From: Takakia lepidozioides
Taxonomy: Eukaryota > Plantae > Bryophyta
DNA length: 64,000 nucleotides
Direction of reading: 5' to 3'
NCBI GenBank assembly: GCA_030704615.1
Contig: CM060731.1
Location: 18,476,001 to 18,540,000 of the forward strand
Within the stretch, counting starts at the first letter, position 1. Each line of letters begins with the position of its first letter. The translations under genes and the position numbers were made by a program. The notes under the pieces were generated by a model that saw only the letters and a program-made list of their open reading frames with translations, was not told where the DNA came from and made no database searches. Below, piece by piece: positions 1 to 12,799 of the stretch.

Positions 1-439
1 TCACCCTGTTTTTCCTTCTTATCAGAATCGACCCTAAGTTTCCATGTTGAATTCTGCATGTTAGCTGGTTGAGTGAACCTTTGATAGTTTGGAGTGATTT
101 GACATGATACTGCCAATGTGACAACAGGAAAGTATCCAGAAACAGGTAACAGAGATGAGGAGAAGCTGTGGAATGAATACTTTTCTTACCCAGTCAATGG
201 TGGGACAATCGAGGCAAGAAGGTGAATGTCTGTCTGATTATAGAGAGTAGCAGATGCAATTGAGCATAGGAACTAGTGTGATAAGTTGAGTTGGGTGTTT
301 CCTAGAATAAATCTAGGGTGTCATCGTCAGCTGCTAGCAGCAAGGCAAGGATGTATGCATGATTTGTGCATAGGCATGGATAGCTGAAGGAGCAGGGATA
401 GAGTGTGGGTCCAGATTCATCCAAGAGGGCCAGAAAGAG

Positions 440-840
440 GTCCATGGTGACATTGTCAAAGCTGGAATTGTACCGGATGTCATTCTGAATACTGCCCTGG
501 TGACATGTATGCCAAATGTGGGTGCATTAAGGATGCGAAGGGAGTTTTCAACACTATGGCTGAACGAGATGTGGTGTCATGGAACGCGATGCTTGCAGGC
601 CAGGGTATGCACAGCAGGGCGGACGTGGTATGGAGGCTTTGGAGACCTATGATCAAATGATGGGGGAAGGGGTGAAGCCCGACCACATCACATTTTTGTG
701 CATTTGCAATGCATGTGCAAGCCTGGCAGCTCTGGAAAAGGGCACAGAAGTCCATGGCAACATTGTCAGAGCTGGAATTTTACCAAATGTCATTCTGAAC
801 AATACCCTCGTGGACATGTACATGCAAAATGTGGGTGCAC
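440..840 (+). pseudogene. PLS-class PPR protein fragment (frameshifted)
   Basis: Across frames reads VHGDIVKAGIVPDVILNTAL..MYAKCG..DVVSWNAML..EALETYDQMMGEGVKPDHITFLCICNACASLAALEKGTEVH..LNNTLVDMY, i.e. typical PLS-PPR repeats. Several frameshifts; no start codon or E/DYW continuation. Confidence 0.85.
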
Positions 841-1279
841 CCTATCCTGCTGATTTGTTGTTGTGCTGGAACAGTAGCAAAAGTAGAAAGGCATATGCAT
901 TTTACATCTGTTGCTATCTCCAGTGCATATGTAGTGTCCTTTGCACTTTGTCATACTATTGTTTGAGGAGCAGATTTTGGGACTCCGGTGCTATATTGTA
1001 AATTTGACTGGTAGCAGTTTAAGAAAAGCTCTTATATCTATTGCTGTCTTTAAGTGCCTATGTTTTGTCCTTTGCACTTGCTGACTTTGTTCTTTCCTGT
1101 GATTCTTGCCTATGAATAAAGCATTCATTTGCAGAGTCATTTTTTGTTTCTTAGTTCTTCCCTTTGTTTTTTTTTTTTTAGTATTGAATAATACTAACCC
1201 TAATCTCTACTAATCCTAACGAGATAAGCATAGTTGCGGCTCTGACTGTCCAATACATTTAAAAGTTCAAAACAACCCC

Positions 1280-1795
1280 TCATATGACACCACGTGTCCA
1301 TATATCAGCATCTCATAGTCAGGATCATGACTGCATGACCTCCTCAATACATGCCACGTGTCCACATACCATGATGTTTGCAGTCAGAACAATGACTGTA
1401 AGACCTCTCATTATATGCCACGTGTCCAAATATTAACATGGTTGTAGTCAGGATTGCAGAGTCTCCTCATGGATATGCCACGTGGCAGTTTCGGGAGACG
1501 CCATATGGCGCACATCCACAAAACCTCTTGGACTTATTAAAAAGAGTCACGTGTACAGTTTGCAGCAGCACACTAAGTCATGTATGGTAGAAGTACATAT
1601 GACTGCCACATGACAGTGAGATGTATCACTTGGTTCATCTGACTACAGTCATCCATGACCGACCATACTGTACTCATTGTATTCACTTGGTTTGCACGAC
1701 TTAAAGTCATTGCAGTTATATGTACCGTTTATGACTACCGGATAGTCATATATACAGTCATATATACAATCATATATACCGCGATCTGTTGTAGT
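1280..1795. mobile_element. Probable CACTA transposon end with subterminal repeats
   Basis: Ends in TTGTAGTG (reverse complement CACTACAA) at 1788-1795. Preceded by ~65-bp spaced ATGCCACGTGTCCA repeats and many ATGACT/AGTCAT inverted motifs. Partner end not found. Confidence 0.5.
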
Positions 1796-2322
1796 GAAAG
1801 TCTGGCCTGAAGAAGCTGGAAAGCACAGATTTTATTTTTGAGTTGGGAGCGTTCCTCACCTTCCATCTATTGGTATTTGTTTTCGTTCGATTGCTCCCAA
1901 AATTCCAACTTTTAAGTCTCTCTTGATGCATGAGGTCTGGAGCTCTGGAGCTTTTGATTGCACACCTAGTTATTGTCATGTCCAACTTCCACCATAGTTT
2001 AGTAGTACCGCCGTCAATTTGGAACCAAAGCGTGTACTACCATAAATCAAAGAATAAAAGATTCTATATATTAGCATGGACTGCATGACAGACCTGCTAA
2101 ACTGTTTAATGGTATAGCAGCTGGTGCATTTATTTTTTGTCAGGGAAGACACACAGAGTGTGAGAAAGACTAGTGCCTTTGTTGACATTTTTGGCTTTTT
2201 CAAACTTCTGAGGTGTTCCCTGAAGAGGTTTTCTACTAGAGTTTGATCTGGCACCTTGCCCTTAAGGAAAGACAGAACAAAAAACTCAAATAATCCACTC
2301 AAGTCATCACTGCAAATCATCA

Positions 2323-2323
2323 T

Positions 2324-2359
<36 letters not shown>

Positions 2360-2360
2360 A
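2323..2360. repeat. (GA)n microsatellite
   Basis: Seen directly. Confidence 0.95.
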
Positions 2361-2372
2361 AACCATACACAC

Positions 2373-2492
2373 GTGCAAGTGCAGCTCTCAAGGGCTCACA
2401 AAACTCGGTGAGGTCCAGCTCCTCAATAGCTTTGAGCACATCCTCAGCATTGATGGTTTGTCGCTTTGATTCACGACATATTTCATTTGCTC
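2373..2492 (-). pseudogene. Orphan exon of histone-fold DPB4/POLE3 (NF-YB-like) gene
   Basis: Minus strand reads ANEICRESKRQTINAEDVLKAIEELDLTEFCEPLRAALA, flanked by an AG acceptor and a GT donor. Other exons not recognised nearby. Confidence 0.7.
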
Positions 2493-3197
2493 TGTTACAG
2501 TAGAGACCATCCCTGGTGTGTTCATTGGTCCATCCTTTCCTTCCCTCCCCCTCCTCTCTTTACCTCACACTTCTAGGAATTCAGATGGACGAACCCTGAA
2601 GGAGAACAATCCGTTCTAATTAATTTCCATTGAAATCTCCCAAAAGAGGGCAGATCGGCCAATTACTCCTTGAAGTTTAAATAAAGGATCACAATTTCTA
2701 GGGTTTATAGGGAGGTTATGGCAGACAGACAACAATTACAATCTAGTCAATGTAAGATTAGGTTTGAAACTTGGGTTTAGCTTCAAGCAGATGTGGGACT
2801 TTTGCAACCAGACACAACTTGACATACCCTTCGTGCTCATGGAAAATCAATCATGGAGACTCACTGTGCGGGTCTGAAACAAGGTAGTAAGATGTAATCT
2901 AAGCTGCATTTTTCTTCTTTCCACCCAATCACGAGTGAAAGCTTCCGATTCCGTCTGCAAGAAACTCCTCCCCATTTGTTGTCTTTTCGAATCATAGGTA
3001 ATCAAGAAGATCAAGATCCGGGCATTGCGGGCAGTTCCAAAAACGTTGGCGCGGCGATTTCTATTGGCCTATTTCGCACGGGCCGTCCAGGCAGATTCCA
3101 AAGAAATTGACGACGACGATGACGTGGCGACGATGATGTGACACTATGGCACCCTATTCCTACTCTACGCTAAACTAGCTTCCGACCTTCAACTATC

Positions 3198-3392
3198 TTC
3201 AGGTGTTTTGTGGGCCCAACAGACAACAGACTCGCTCCCCCTCTAGCTTCCCATGCGCGTGCCCCAGGCCGGCTCACCCCAACAGATTGACCGGGTAGGG
3301 GTCCCCCACCCTGCGCGACCCCCTATGCCACCCGCGGGCCCGCCACAACCACACGTGCCCGCATTCAAGTCCCAATTATCAAACAATGAGAA
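3198..3392 (+). repeat. ~190-bp dispersed GC-rich repeat, copy 1
   Basis: Shares TTCAGGTGTTTTGTGGGCCCA...CCGCCACAACCACACGTGCCCGCATTCAAGTCCCAATTATCAAACAATGAGAAG with 24094-24280. Confidence 0.85.
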
Positions 3393-3613
3393 GCAATTTA
3401 CCCCATCTATCTGGACGTTGTATTCAGAAGTCGTTGCTAGTTCCTTCAAACCGTCCATGGGGCCCTCGATGGGCTGTGTGTTGAGTAGTAGGCTCTGTAA
3501 ATTCACTGGACGTTAATCGCTTCCCTCGTTTTTGGACCTAACCCTATCTTGTGTCTCCCACAAAGGAGCTCGCAACAATCTACGGTTAGATTCCGAGCGC
3601 TTAGTCTTCGCCC

Positions 3614-3988
3614 ATGGCAGCTCTGAGCATCAGGAGAGGTAACGCGCGTCTTCCGCCGGAGGTTAATAGAGTGCTGTATGTGAGAAACCTTCCCTTCCAC
3701 ATCTCCTCGGAGGAGATGTATGATATTTTTGGGAAGTATGGTGCCATTCGTCAGATTCGAATTGGCACCAACAAGGACACTAGGGGGACCGCGTTTGTTG
3801 TGTATGAGGACATCTACGATGCCAAGAATGCGGTCGACCATCTCTCAGGTTTTAATGTTGCCAATCGTTATCTTATTGTGTTGTACTACCAGCAGGCCAA
3901 GATGTCTAAAAAGATCGACCAGCGTAAGAAGGAGGAGGAGATCACAAAGCTGCAAGAGAAGTACGGCGTTTCCACCAAGGAGAAGTAG
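3614..3988 (+). CDS. SF3B6: Splicing factor 3B subunit 6 (p14), RRM, intronless
   Basis: [28 protein letters not shown]....[38 protein letters not shown] is the near-invariant p14 sequence; intact 124 aa. Confidence 0.97.
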   Translation: MAALSIRRGNARLPPEVNRVLYVRNLPFHISSEEMYDIFGKYGAIRQIRIGTNKDTRGTAFVVYEDIYDAKNAVDHLSGFNVANRYLIVLYYQQAKMSKKIDQRKKEEEITKLQEKYGVSTKEK

Positions 3989-4942
3989 TAGACCTCTGAA
4001 AAGTGACAAAAGCTCCATGATCTCTTAACTCCATGAGCTGGTTTCAAATGCTTTTGTTTGTCAAAGGATTCAGACTATGAACCTGCTGTATATTCACTCT
4101 TGTATCCTTGTCCTACCAAACTGATATGATCACTTTACATGGAATGAGGTTTCATGCTTTGGATTTGGAATCACTAAGGATACAAGGGCCTGGAGCTTCT
4201 TTACAGCATGAATGGGCTAAGTTAGTATTGTCAAATTCATTTCTGGTTTACTGGCTTTGGTGAGGTTACACCTCAGGATACTTGTTTATCAACAGTTTCA
4301 GACTCTGCGCATACTGAAAGATTACTCTCACATTCCAAACTCATTCCGAGTTCATGAACTTAGAAATCTTGTGATGGTGCCTTGCTTAGCAAGGCTGTAT
4401 TGTCAGTATCCTGTCTTGACAAGACAAGCCTTACCTCTATGTCTCTCTCCCTCTCCAATGAAGTCAGGCATAAAACTTCCATGAACTTGTTGCTAGTCTA
4501 TGACATGTGCGAGGACCTTTATAAGGATGATCTCAAGGGCCTACCTACCCTTGGCACCAGACTGAAATTTAAACTCAGGGTGTGGGATCTCACTTTGATC
4601 AATAAACAGATACAGAGAGGAAAGGGACATTGTCAATGCTCGATGCGCAGGAGGCCTGAAGACAGTTTCCATTTGCTGATACACAGTCCCGGGTTTTTTC
4701 ATCAGAGAGTGATCCTCTTGGAGGACCATCAGGACCTTAGTCCCTGCACCTCTGTTCACCAACTAGGACAGTTAGTGAACTTGTCTACATTTTCAACCTT
4801 CGCAAGGTCCAATTATCTTCAAAAGCTACTGTTGAGAATTCGTCTCCGAAAAGATTTCGTGCGCCTTTGCTGCTACTGTTGGAGTCCAACCTGACTTGCA
4901 GCTGACAGATAGTGCATTCAATTAGGTGACAAGCATTTCATT

Positions 4943-5014
4943 TCACCGGTACTCCCCACAAGAACAAACACCATTTCGGAAGTGGTGAAAGCGGTTGGCG
5001 TCCCGCACAAGTAG
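4943..5014 (-). pseudogene. C-terminal fragment of a DYW deaminase domain (PPR-DYW)
   Basis: Reads LLVRDANRFHHFRNGVCSCGEYR-stop, matching the DYW consensus IIVRDxNRFHHFxxGxCSCxDYW. Confidence 0.85.
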
Positions 5015-5329
5015 TTGTTGTTCTAAATGAACGCGGTGGCAATAACAGACTGATTGGGTGGTAAGACCCTGGACCTGCTCCTGAAGGCTTACAATCCTTT
5101 GGGAACAATTGTCTCAGAGGGTGGATAGCCACTGTTGATGGATGCAGTTATCTCTGATGAGTGAATTTCCATTGATAGAACTGGGGATTTGGTTGGAGTG
5201 GCTTCAGATGCACCATGTCCAGTGCACATGTATCTTTGGGTGATCAGCTTATTCGTGTCATATTGATGAGGTTTGACAGGGAGGAAGAGATGAGGACTGA
5301 TGATTATTTTATGAGTAAGTGCAGGAAGC

Positions 5330-7561
5330 AGGTGATGAGCCTAGCGAAGTTTTTTGGTGCAAGTTTCCTGTGGAGTTTCTTTAAGTGGTTTTGGAGTGGT
5401 ATTGGAGACAACTGTGGCTTTGACAACTTTCCTACTCTGGGCTTTCAGGCCTTTGCACACACGTGAGCTTTGTTGGACCTTTCCTGTCCACTGCCATTGT
5501 TATAGGGAATGACTTTCATACAGAAAATATCCTAATGGACCATTATTCCAGTTTCGTAAGTTCCATTGGATGCCTGACAAGGCTATTGGTTCCTTTTGGT
5601 CATGTGCAAAACTGGTAGCTATGCGAAGTGGAAAATTCCCTCATCTACCAGCTCTGTGGAAGTTGAAGTGGATTTCGTGGGGTTGCAGGTTTTACTTTGA
5701 CTTCAGGTTAACATATATTGGTGTGGGTATGATATGCCCTCACATTGTGAACTGCTCCGTGATGCTGGGTGCTATCATTTCATGGGGGATCATGTGGCCT
5801 CTAATCAGCTCTCAAGAAGGAAAATGGTTTGCAGCTGATCTTTCGAGTAGTGACTTCAAAGGGCTCTACGGCTACAAGGTCTCTGCTTTGGGTGCGCCTT
5901 TTGTGGTTCTACTGATTTCTTTCTGTGGTTCTTGTTTTGTTGTTCTACTTGCATCCTGGGCTTCTTCGGGCCTCTTGGACGTAAAATATTCTTTCTTTAA
6001 TTCTTTCTCTGGTCATTTTAGGTTTAGTGGATTTCTAGAAGAGGTTGACTTACATTCTGGCAGTTGCTGATAGGTGAAGTCTCTGTCGCATTCTCTTGTC
6101 AGATGCCTCTTTCTGTTGCTTTAGAAGGGCATAAAACTTTACAGGCAGTTCTGAAAAGCTGCAACCACCATAATCTGGGTGTGATGGATTAACAGGTGTT
6201 CATAGCAGCTGCCCTGATCTTGGGAGATGGGCTCTACAATTTTGTGAAGATTTCATTCATTACAGGGAAGACTCTGTATATCCAAAGCCAGACCTCTCAG
6301 CAGCTACCCATGCTCACAGGTCTGTAAAATTAACAAGTTTACAGTCATCTTTCTTAACACTTTGGCAGAAATTCTTTTGTTTATTAACTCGTTTTTCCAC
6401 TTCCTTCTAAGTGTGGGGATTCTGGACATTTTGAGTTGATAGAAACCCAACAAGCACACACACGTACATTCTTCTGAAAATGTTCTTAAAACCCAAGAAA
6501 AAGTAGAAGGTTGCTAGATTGCTTGCTTATCTCTGCTCCCTCTTGTATGACTAGATATAGACCATTCTTTAGAGCAGGGTGGTAACCAACAACCATTGTT
6601 GTCCTTACCCACATGGAGTGGTTTAACAGGTGTGGTCACGGGAAATATATCTGTGGATGAGAAGCGGCGTGATGAGGTGTTTTTGAAGGAAGGAGTACCA
6701 TTGTGGGTCGCGACATCGGGCTATGTTGCATTGGCAGCCATATCCATGATGGTGATTCCCCAGATGTTTCCTTCTGTAACATGGTACTTTGTGTTAGGGG
6801 CTTACATTTTGGCCCCTGTTCTTGCATTCTGCAATGCTTATGGTTGTGGGTTAACAGACTGGAGTCTGGGAACGACTTATGGAAAGATTGGTGGTCTCTT
6901 TGTCTTTGCGGGCTGGGCTGGAACCAATGGAGGCGTTCTTGCAGGCCTGGTGGGGTGTGGACTTGTGATGACAATTGTCACGACAGCAGCTGATTTGATG
7001 CAAGACATTCGAACTGGGTACCTTACGCTGTCATCCCCACGCTCCATGTTTGTTAGCCAATTATTGGGCACGGTAATCGGCTGTGTGATAGCAACCCTCA
7101 CATTCTGGCTGTTCTGGATTTCATTCGATGTTGGAGATCCAAATGGAGAGTATAAAGCCCCAAATGGAGTCCTTTTCCGGGCCATGTCCATAGTCGGTGT
7201 TGAAGGTTTCTCAGCACTACTGCCACACTGTCTCGAGTTTTGCTATGTGGCTTTTGCTTTGGCTGTGGTGCTGAACATCATTCGTGACCTGGTGCCTCAG
7301 AAAGTTGCCTCCTATATCCCAATCCCAATGGCCATGGGAATTCCATTCTACATTGGGGCCTACTTTGCAATTGACATGTTTATTGGGTCAGTCATCTTGT
7401 TTGCTTGGCAAACTCTCAACAACAAGGAGGCAGATATCTATTCAGCAGTTGTAGCGTCGGGATTGATTTGCAGGGATGGCATCTGGAGCGTTCCCGCAGC
7501 ACTTCTCTCACTTGCTAAAATCAACCCACCCTCACCTGCACCTCACCTTGAAATTTATTGA
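5330..7561 (+). pseudogene. YSL: Yellow stripe-like (YSL/OPT family) transporter, 3' exons only
   Basis: Exons ~5330-5462 ([27 protein letters not shown]), 5689-5878 ([24 protein letters not shown]), 6196-6319 (VFIA.ALILGDGLYNF), 6630-7561 (AFCNAYGCGLTDW..DLMQD..TGYLTL.SPRSMF..IPMAMGIPFYIG). N-terminal exons not found. Conserved residues altered (APN for APY, CRDG for CGDG) and aberrant C-terminus. Confidence 0.8.
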
Positions 7562-7879
7562 AATCTGGTGACATGTCAAGATTGTTTATCTAAGTTCTTG
7601 CTTACAGTGCAACCAAGCTGGATCATGGCAAGGCATTCTTCTCCTTTGTAATTAGACACTTAATTTAGGTAGATGCAAGGTAATTTTTGGGCGACCGTAA
7701 CATATGACATTTTTCTTGTGATGTGGGATCCATGTAGGTAGGTTCCACATTGGGACCCTAGGGAAAACATTTGGTAGACATTAGCTAGCAACATGAGATT
7801 GAAAATTTGAAGTGTGGAATAGAATTCTAATCAGTTTGAATGAGATTCTGTCTGGTATATTCCATTCTTAACCCCTAAG

Positions 7880-8535
7880 CATGGGGAGCCAAATTGGAAA
7901 CAGCCCCAAAATTGGAAACAGCCCCAAAATGGGACCCATTGTCATCAATAACCCCTTATCTGTCGGCAGGAGTTTATCTAGGGAATTGAACCATACTATC
8001 TAGTTCTTACCTGCTCCATGCATATATCGACCAAATTTCAGAAGAAGTGACCGTCAATTTAGGGAGATTATAACGAATTATTATGGTGAATTTATCAATC
8101 CAAGCAAGTGGGGACAGAAAAAATCACTTTGACCAAAGAAATTTACCATCACAATCTTTTTTGCTTCCGGACCACCTCAGACAGATTCCTTGATGGGTTA
8201 CAGGTGTCCTCCTGAAATTGCAACACCAAATTCCAAAAAAATCTACTAGTTGGTTTGTATGTACAATTAAAGGGGTGCACTTGGTGTGAAACAACAATGA
8301 CATAGAAAATACTGCATAGATCGTACACATTGTAACCAAATGCACTTTCCTCTGGTGCAATCTTGCAGTGCCCAAAGGTGAAAAAGAATCTGATTTTTTT
8401 TTTTGAAAAAACCAAAAGCACAAGTGTAGATGGATTATTTTGTATTTTTTCCAGGCACTTCCAGGCCCGGCTTATTTTTTCGGCTAGGTGAACTTTTCCG
8501 GTTGGCAATATAAGGGGTCACGTCGCCAAAAACCC
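7880..8535. mobile_element. DNA transposon remnant with a possible Mutator-type terminus at 8535
   Basis: Minus strand begins GGGTTTTTGGCGACGTGACCCC exactly where Copia pol homology stops. Internal part loosely resembles 38080-38200. No partner TIR found. Confidence 0.35.
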
Positions 8536-11500
8536 TTCGCACATGACCGATAAGAGAGAGTGGTTCAAGAATTTGGAACCAATAGCTAAGGGGAAGTGGC
8601 CTGTCATGGTCACTAACAATGAGTCTGTGTGGGTTGAGGGAGTTGGGGATATCAAGATTCTGAGTCTTGTTGGAGATAGGTGGGAGAGAGGAGTGATTAC
8701 AAAGGCTTTGTATGTCCCTAAGTTGAAAAAGAATCTATTCTCAATCGGACAGGCAGCAGACAAGGGAATTGTCACTACCTATAACAAAGAGAGTTGCAAA
8801 TTAATTAGCAATGAGGGACGAGGAAGAATTGTGATGGTAGGTTTGCGTGAAGGGAAACTGTATAAGCTGCAGTTGAAGGTCATTATACCTAAGAATATCG
8901 ACAAGGGTTTGTTAAGTGGCAAAAATAAGAGCATCACTTTCTTGAGTGAGTCAAACCCTATCAATCTACATCTCTGGCATTGTCGTTTGGGACATCTAAA
9001 TCATGTTATGATCAAGAAAATGGAGGCATCACAGAGTGTAGAAGGTCTGAAGATAGGTAGTCTAAGTGAGGCATCTACCTTCTGTGAAAGATGTGCCTAT
9101 AGCAAGAGCCATAGACAGAGCTTTCATGTCAATGATGAGAGAGTAAAAGCTGAGAAAGCTGGAGATTTCTTACACACGGATGTGTGTGGACCGATGAAAA
9201 TAGACTCCATCGGAGGGTCAAGGTATTATGTTGTTTTCAAAGATGATTTCTCAGGGTACAGAATGGTATTCTGCATGAAGAAGTAGTCTGAAATCATAGA
9301 GCACTTTCGAAAGGTCCTTAAGCAGACACAACAAGAAACAAAGAACAATGTCAAAATAGTTCGTAGTGACCGATGGGGAGAGTTTATGAGTTCAGCTTTT
9401 AAAGAGCTTTGTGAGAAAGAGGGAATCCGTCATGAGCTGACAGCTCCTTATACACCGGAGCAGAACGGTGTTGCCGAGAGAGAAAATAGAACCATCATGG
9501 AGTCAACAAGGAGTATGTTGCATATAAGCAATATTGGCCTGGAATTTTGGGCAGAGGCGGTACTAACGAGTGCTTACATCTTGAATAGAACAGGAACATG
9601 GTTACTAGATGGAAAGACACCGATCGAAGCATGGTCAGGAGCAAGACCATCTGTTGTTCATTTCAAGATTTTTGGATTAGATGCCTATTCTCACATTCCA
9701 AAGCAGATGAGATCCAAACTTGATCCTAAGTGCAAGAAATGTGCATTCATAGGATATTGCACCGAGAGCAAAGCATATCGGCTCTGGCACAATGACACTA
9801 AGAAGGTGATAATCAGCCGAGATGTTGTGTTTGATGAGGGATCATACACATCTACAACACAGTCATTGCAAACTCAAAGTGGAGTCTCCATCATGGATCT
9901 GTATGATGATCTTGAGGACTCAGTGGAAGTACCTGAACCAGTGGGAGCAATGCAGGGAACAGTGGATGCAGTTGAGGCAATAGAAGAATTGATGGGAGCT
10001 CAAGAAGGACGAATCAATGAGCAAGCGGTATATGAACCAGTGGGAGTTCAGCTTGAAGTGGTCCTTGATGGATGTGTGGAGAAACCATATGGGCAAATGA
10101 CACGATACGAAACGCGATCACGGCAAGCACCAACGAGGTATGGTGACTGGGCTTATTTTGCCGAGGTGCAGTCTTTTGCTGGAGTAGCGAGTTCATTGGA
10201 AGAGCCCCATGATTATTGGACTGCGATCAACTCAGAACAGAGAGTCGAATGGCAGCAAGCGATGGACGAGGAATTCAACTCTCTCACTCAAAACGAGACA
10301 TGGTTGCTTACAAAACTACCTCGTGATCGCAAAGCGGTGCAATGTAAATGGGTTTTCAAACTAAAAACAAAATCAGATGGAACAGTTGAGAGATACAAGG
10401 CACGATTAGTTGCCAAGGGATTCTCACAGCAGTATGGTATCGACTACACAGAAATATTTTCTTCTGTAGCCAAGTATGACTCCATTCGCACCATTCTTGC
10501 CATTGCAGCATCTGAGGATATGAATATCATGCAATTTGATATTAAAACCGCGTTTCTCTATGGAGAACTCGAAGAAGAGATCTACATGATCCAGCCGCCG
10601 GGCTTCATAGTACCAGGCACAGAGCACCTGGTATGCAGTTTGAAAAAATGTCTGTATGGACTGAAGCAGGCTTCACGAGTTTGGAATGCGAAGTTTGACA
10701 ATTTTCTGTTTAGGTACAATTTGGTACCAAGTGCGGCAGATCCTTGCATTTACTACAGTAAGGAGAAGCCCAAAATCATCACATCTCTTTTCGTGGATGA
10801 TGGACTGGCCTGTTGCGTTGAGTCAGCAAGGCTTGACAACATGTTTGAATACATGGGTAAGGAATTTGAAACGAAAGTGGGAGAGGCAGACTGTTATGTT
10901 GGTTTGCAAATTAAAAGAGATCGGCAACGCAGGACTATTTCAATCGATCGCCAAGTCTACATTGAGAAGATGATCACGAAGTATGGTTTCGAAAATGCAA
11001 TGGCAGTGACGACTTCTGCTGACCCTAATACTCAAATGAGTTTCTACTCTCTTTCGGGTGACTCAGAGAAAGAAGAAAAGGAAAACATCATGGATTACCA
11101 ATTTCCATGTCAGGAAATGGTTGGGAGCTGATGTTTGCAAGCATCGGGAGTCGTCCTGACATCTCATATGCAGTAAGTACAGTGGCGAAATACGCATCAA
11201 GACACAGACCTGTGCACTGCAACGTTGTGAAACGGATCATGAAATACTTGAAGGGAACATCTCATTTTGTTCTGACCTACAATGGGAAGCAAGACACAAA
11301 TCTGCTCACAGGATTTTGCGAAGCAAATTATGCTGGTGACATAGATGATAGAAAATCCAGATCCGGATGTGTCATTATGTTGAACCAAGGAGCAATTGTT
11401 TGGAGCAGTCGGAAACAAGCGTGTACTGTTGGATCGACAACTGAATCGGAGTACGTTGCGGCTCACATGGCTACGAGGGAGATTATTTGGTTACGGAGAC

Positions 11501-12220
11501 TCATGGACTCCATTGGACATTCACAGAAGACACCCACCCCACTTCACAGCGATAACCAGAGTTGCATCAGACTGGTTCACAATCCAGAGTACCATCGTCG
11601 AACAAAGCACATAGACGTTCAGTACCATGTCATTCGCAAGAACCAGGCGAAGGGAGAAATTGATATTCAGTATGTTCACACGAACGATCAGATTGCCGAT
11701 ATTTTTACGAAGGCTCTTGGTCCAGACAAGTTCCTTCGTTTTCGCTCCATGCTTGGGTTGCATTCCACAGCAAGCAATCTCTGTGCAAGCGATCTTTGAA
11801 GCATGCATACAATGTCGGACTGAGTGGGAGTGTTGAAATCGAAGATCCAGTCCGTCATTGACATCTGGACCATGCTGGTCAAATAGTCATAGTCAACAAC
11901 TAGGTGGCAGTCCACCGAGCAGTCACAATCACAGATGCTAGTCAGCCACATTTTGAATCTCTAGCTAGTTGGATCTCCCGCACTTAATAGTACTTGTATT
12001 TTTTGGTGGCAGACGATACTTAGTTAGTTTTTATGTATGTTCATAGCGTGGTGTAGTTAAGCTTACAGATGCGTGAGCATCATTGATTTTGATGGATTGC
12101 CTTGTAGATTGATAAGCCGCGTACTTCTAAGTGTTTCAATAGTGTTGGATAGCTTCTTCATAACTTACTGGCTACTCTGTAAATAGCTATGAGCAAGCAT
12201 TGAAATCAGTATTTTCAAGA
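8536..12220 (+). mobile_element. Ty1/Copia retrotransposon, 3' half (PR-INT-RT-RNaseH, PPT, 3' LTR 11831-12220)
   Basis: SHMT (PR), LWHCRLGH/HTDVCGP/TPEQNGVAERENRT (INT), KARLVAKGFSQ, LFVDD (RT), IVWSSRKQ..STTESEY..HRRTKHIDV (RH). PPT GAGTGGGAG then TGTTG LTR, followed by TATAC. Stop at 9284-9286 and frameshift near 11120. Confidence 0.95.
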
Positions 12221-12799
12221 TATACCAAGAGAAAAAAGAATATATACACAGGGATTATAGGTGTTCCGTGGCCCACGAGCGCTTAACGTAATATAGGAAT
12301 TATAGAGAAGCGAAATTCTGGCATTCGTCTTTGATCCCTTGTAGTGTTGAAGTAACATGCAAACACTTATGTAAGCCTTTTCATGGAAAGCATGCACCTC
12401 CATCATGGGGGTGTCTACTCCAGCGGCTTGAGTGCATGACTAGTTGTTGAGGCAAGAGAAGGTATCTGTCATTCACTTTGCTGAAATTTTTTGGCTTTGT
12501 GGGTTGTTCTCGGAATTGCAGGGAGGCATATCTAATAGGGAAACGATTGTGCTGAAAACTAAGATCTTTTATGCTTAAGAGACTGTAGATTGGTCTTAAT
12601 CAATAGGATTAAGCAGTCTGCAAGGGTATGGCTTCCTCCGACGTTCATGGTTTAGTTATCCTTAAAACGATTACTTCGTAATCGTTTCTGAAAGCATACC
12701 GTCGGATAACCTCTGTTGCATGTCTTAGGAAATGGGCAGTAGTGTTAATATCATGTTTTGTCTAAGTCATAAACCAGCGGTTAACAGAAGCCCACAATG

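Noticed and set aside
1204-1225. Helitron 5' terminus (A|TCTCTACTAAT)
   Set aside because: No matching hairpin plus CTRR|T 3' end found; kept only as a hint.
4382-4894. 170-aa ORF as missing YSL 5' exons
   Set aside because: No YSL N-terminal motifs (e.g. YPSGTATA) in any frame I could read.
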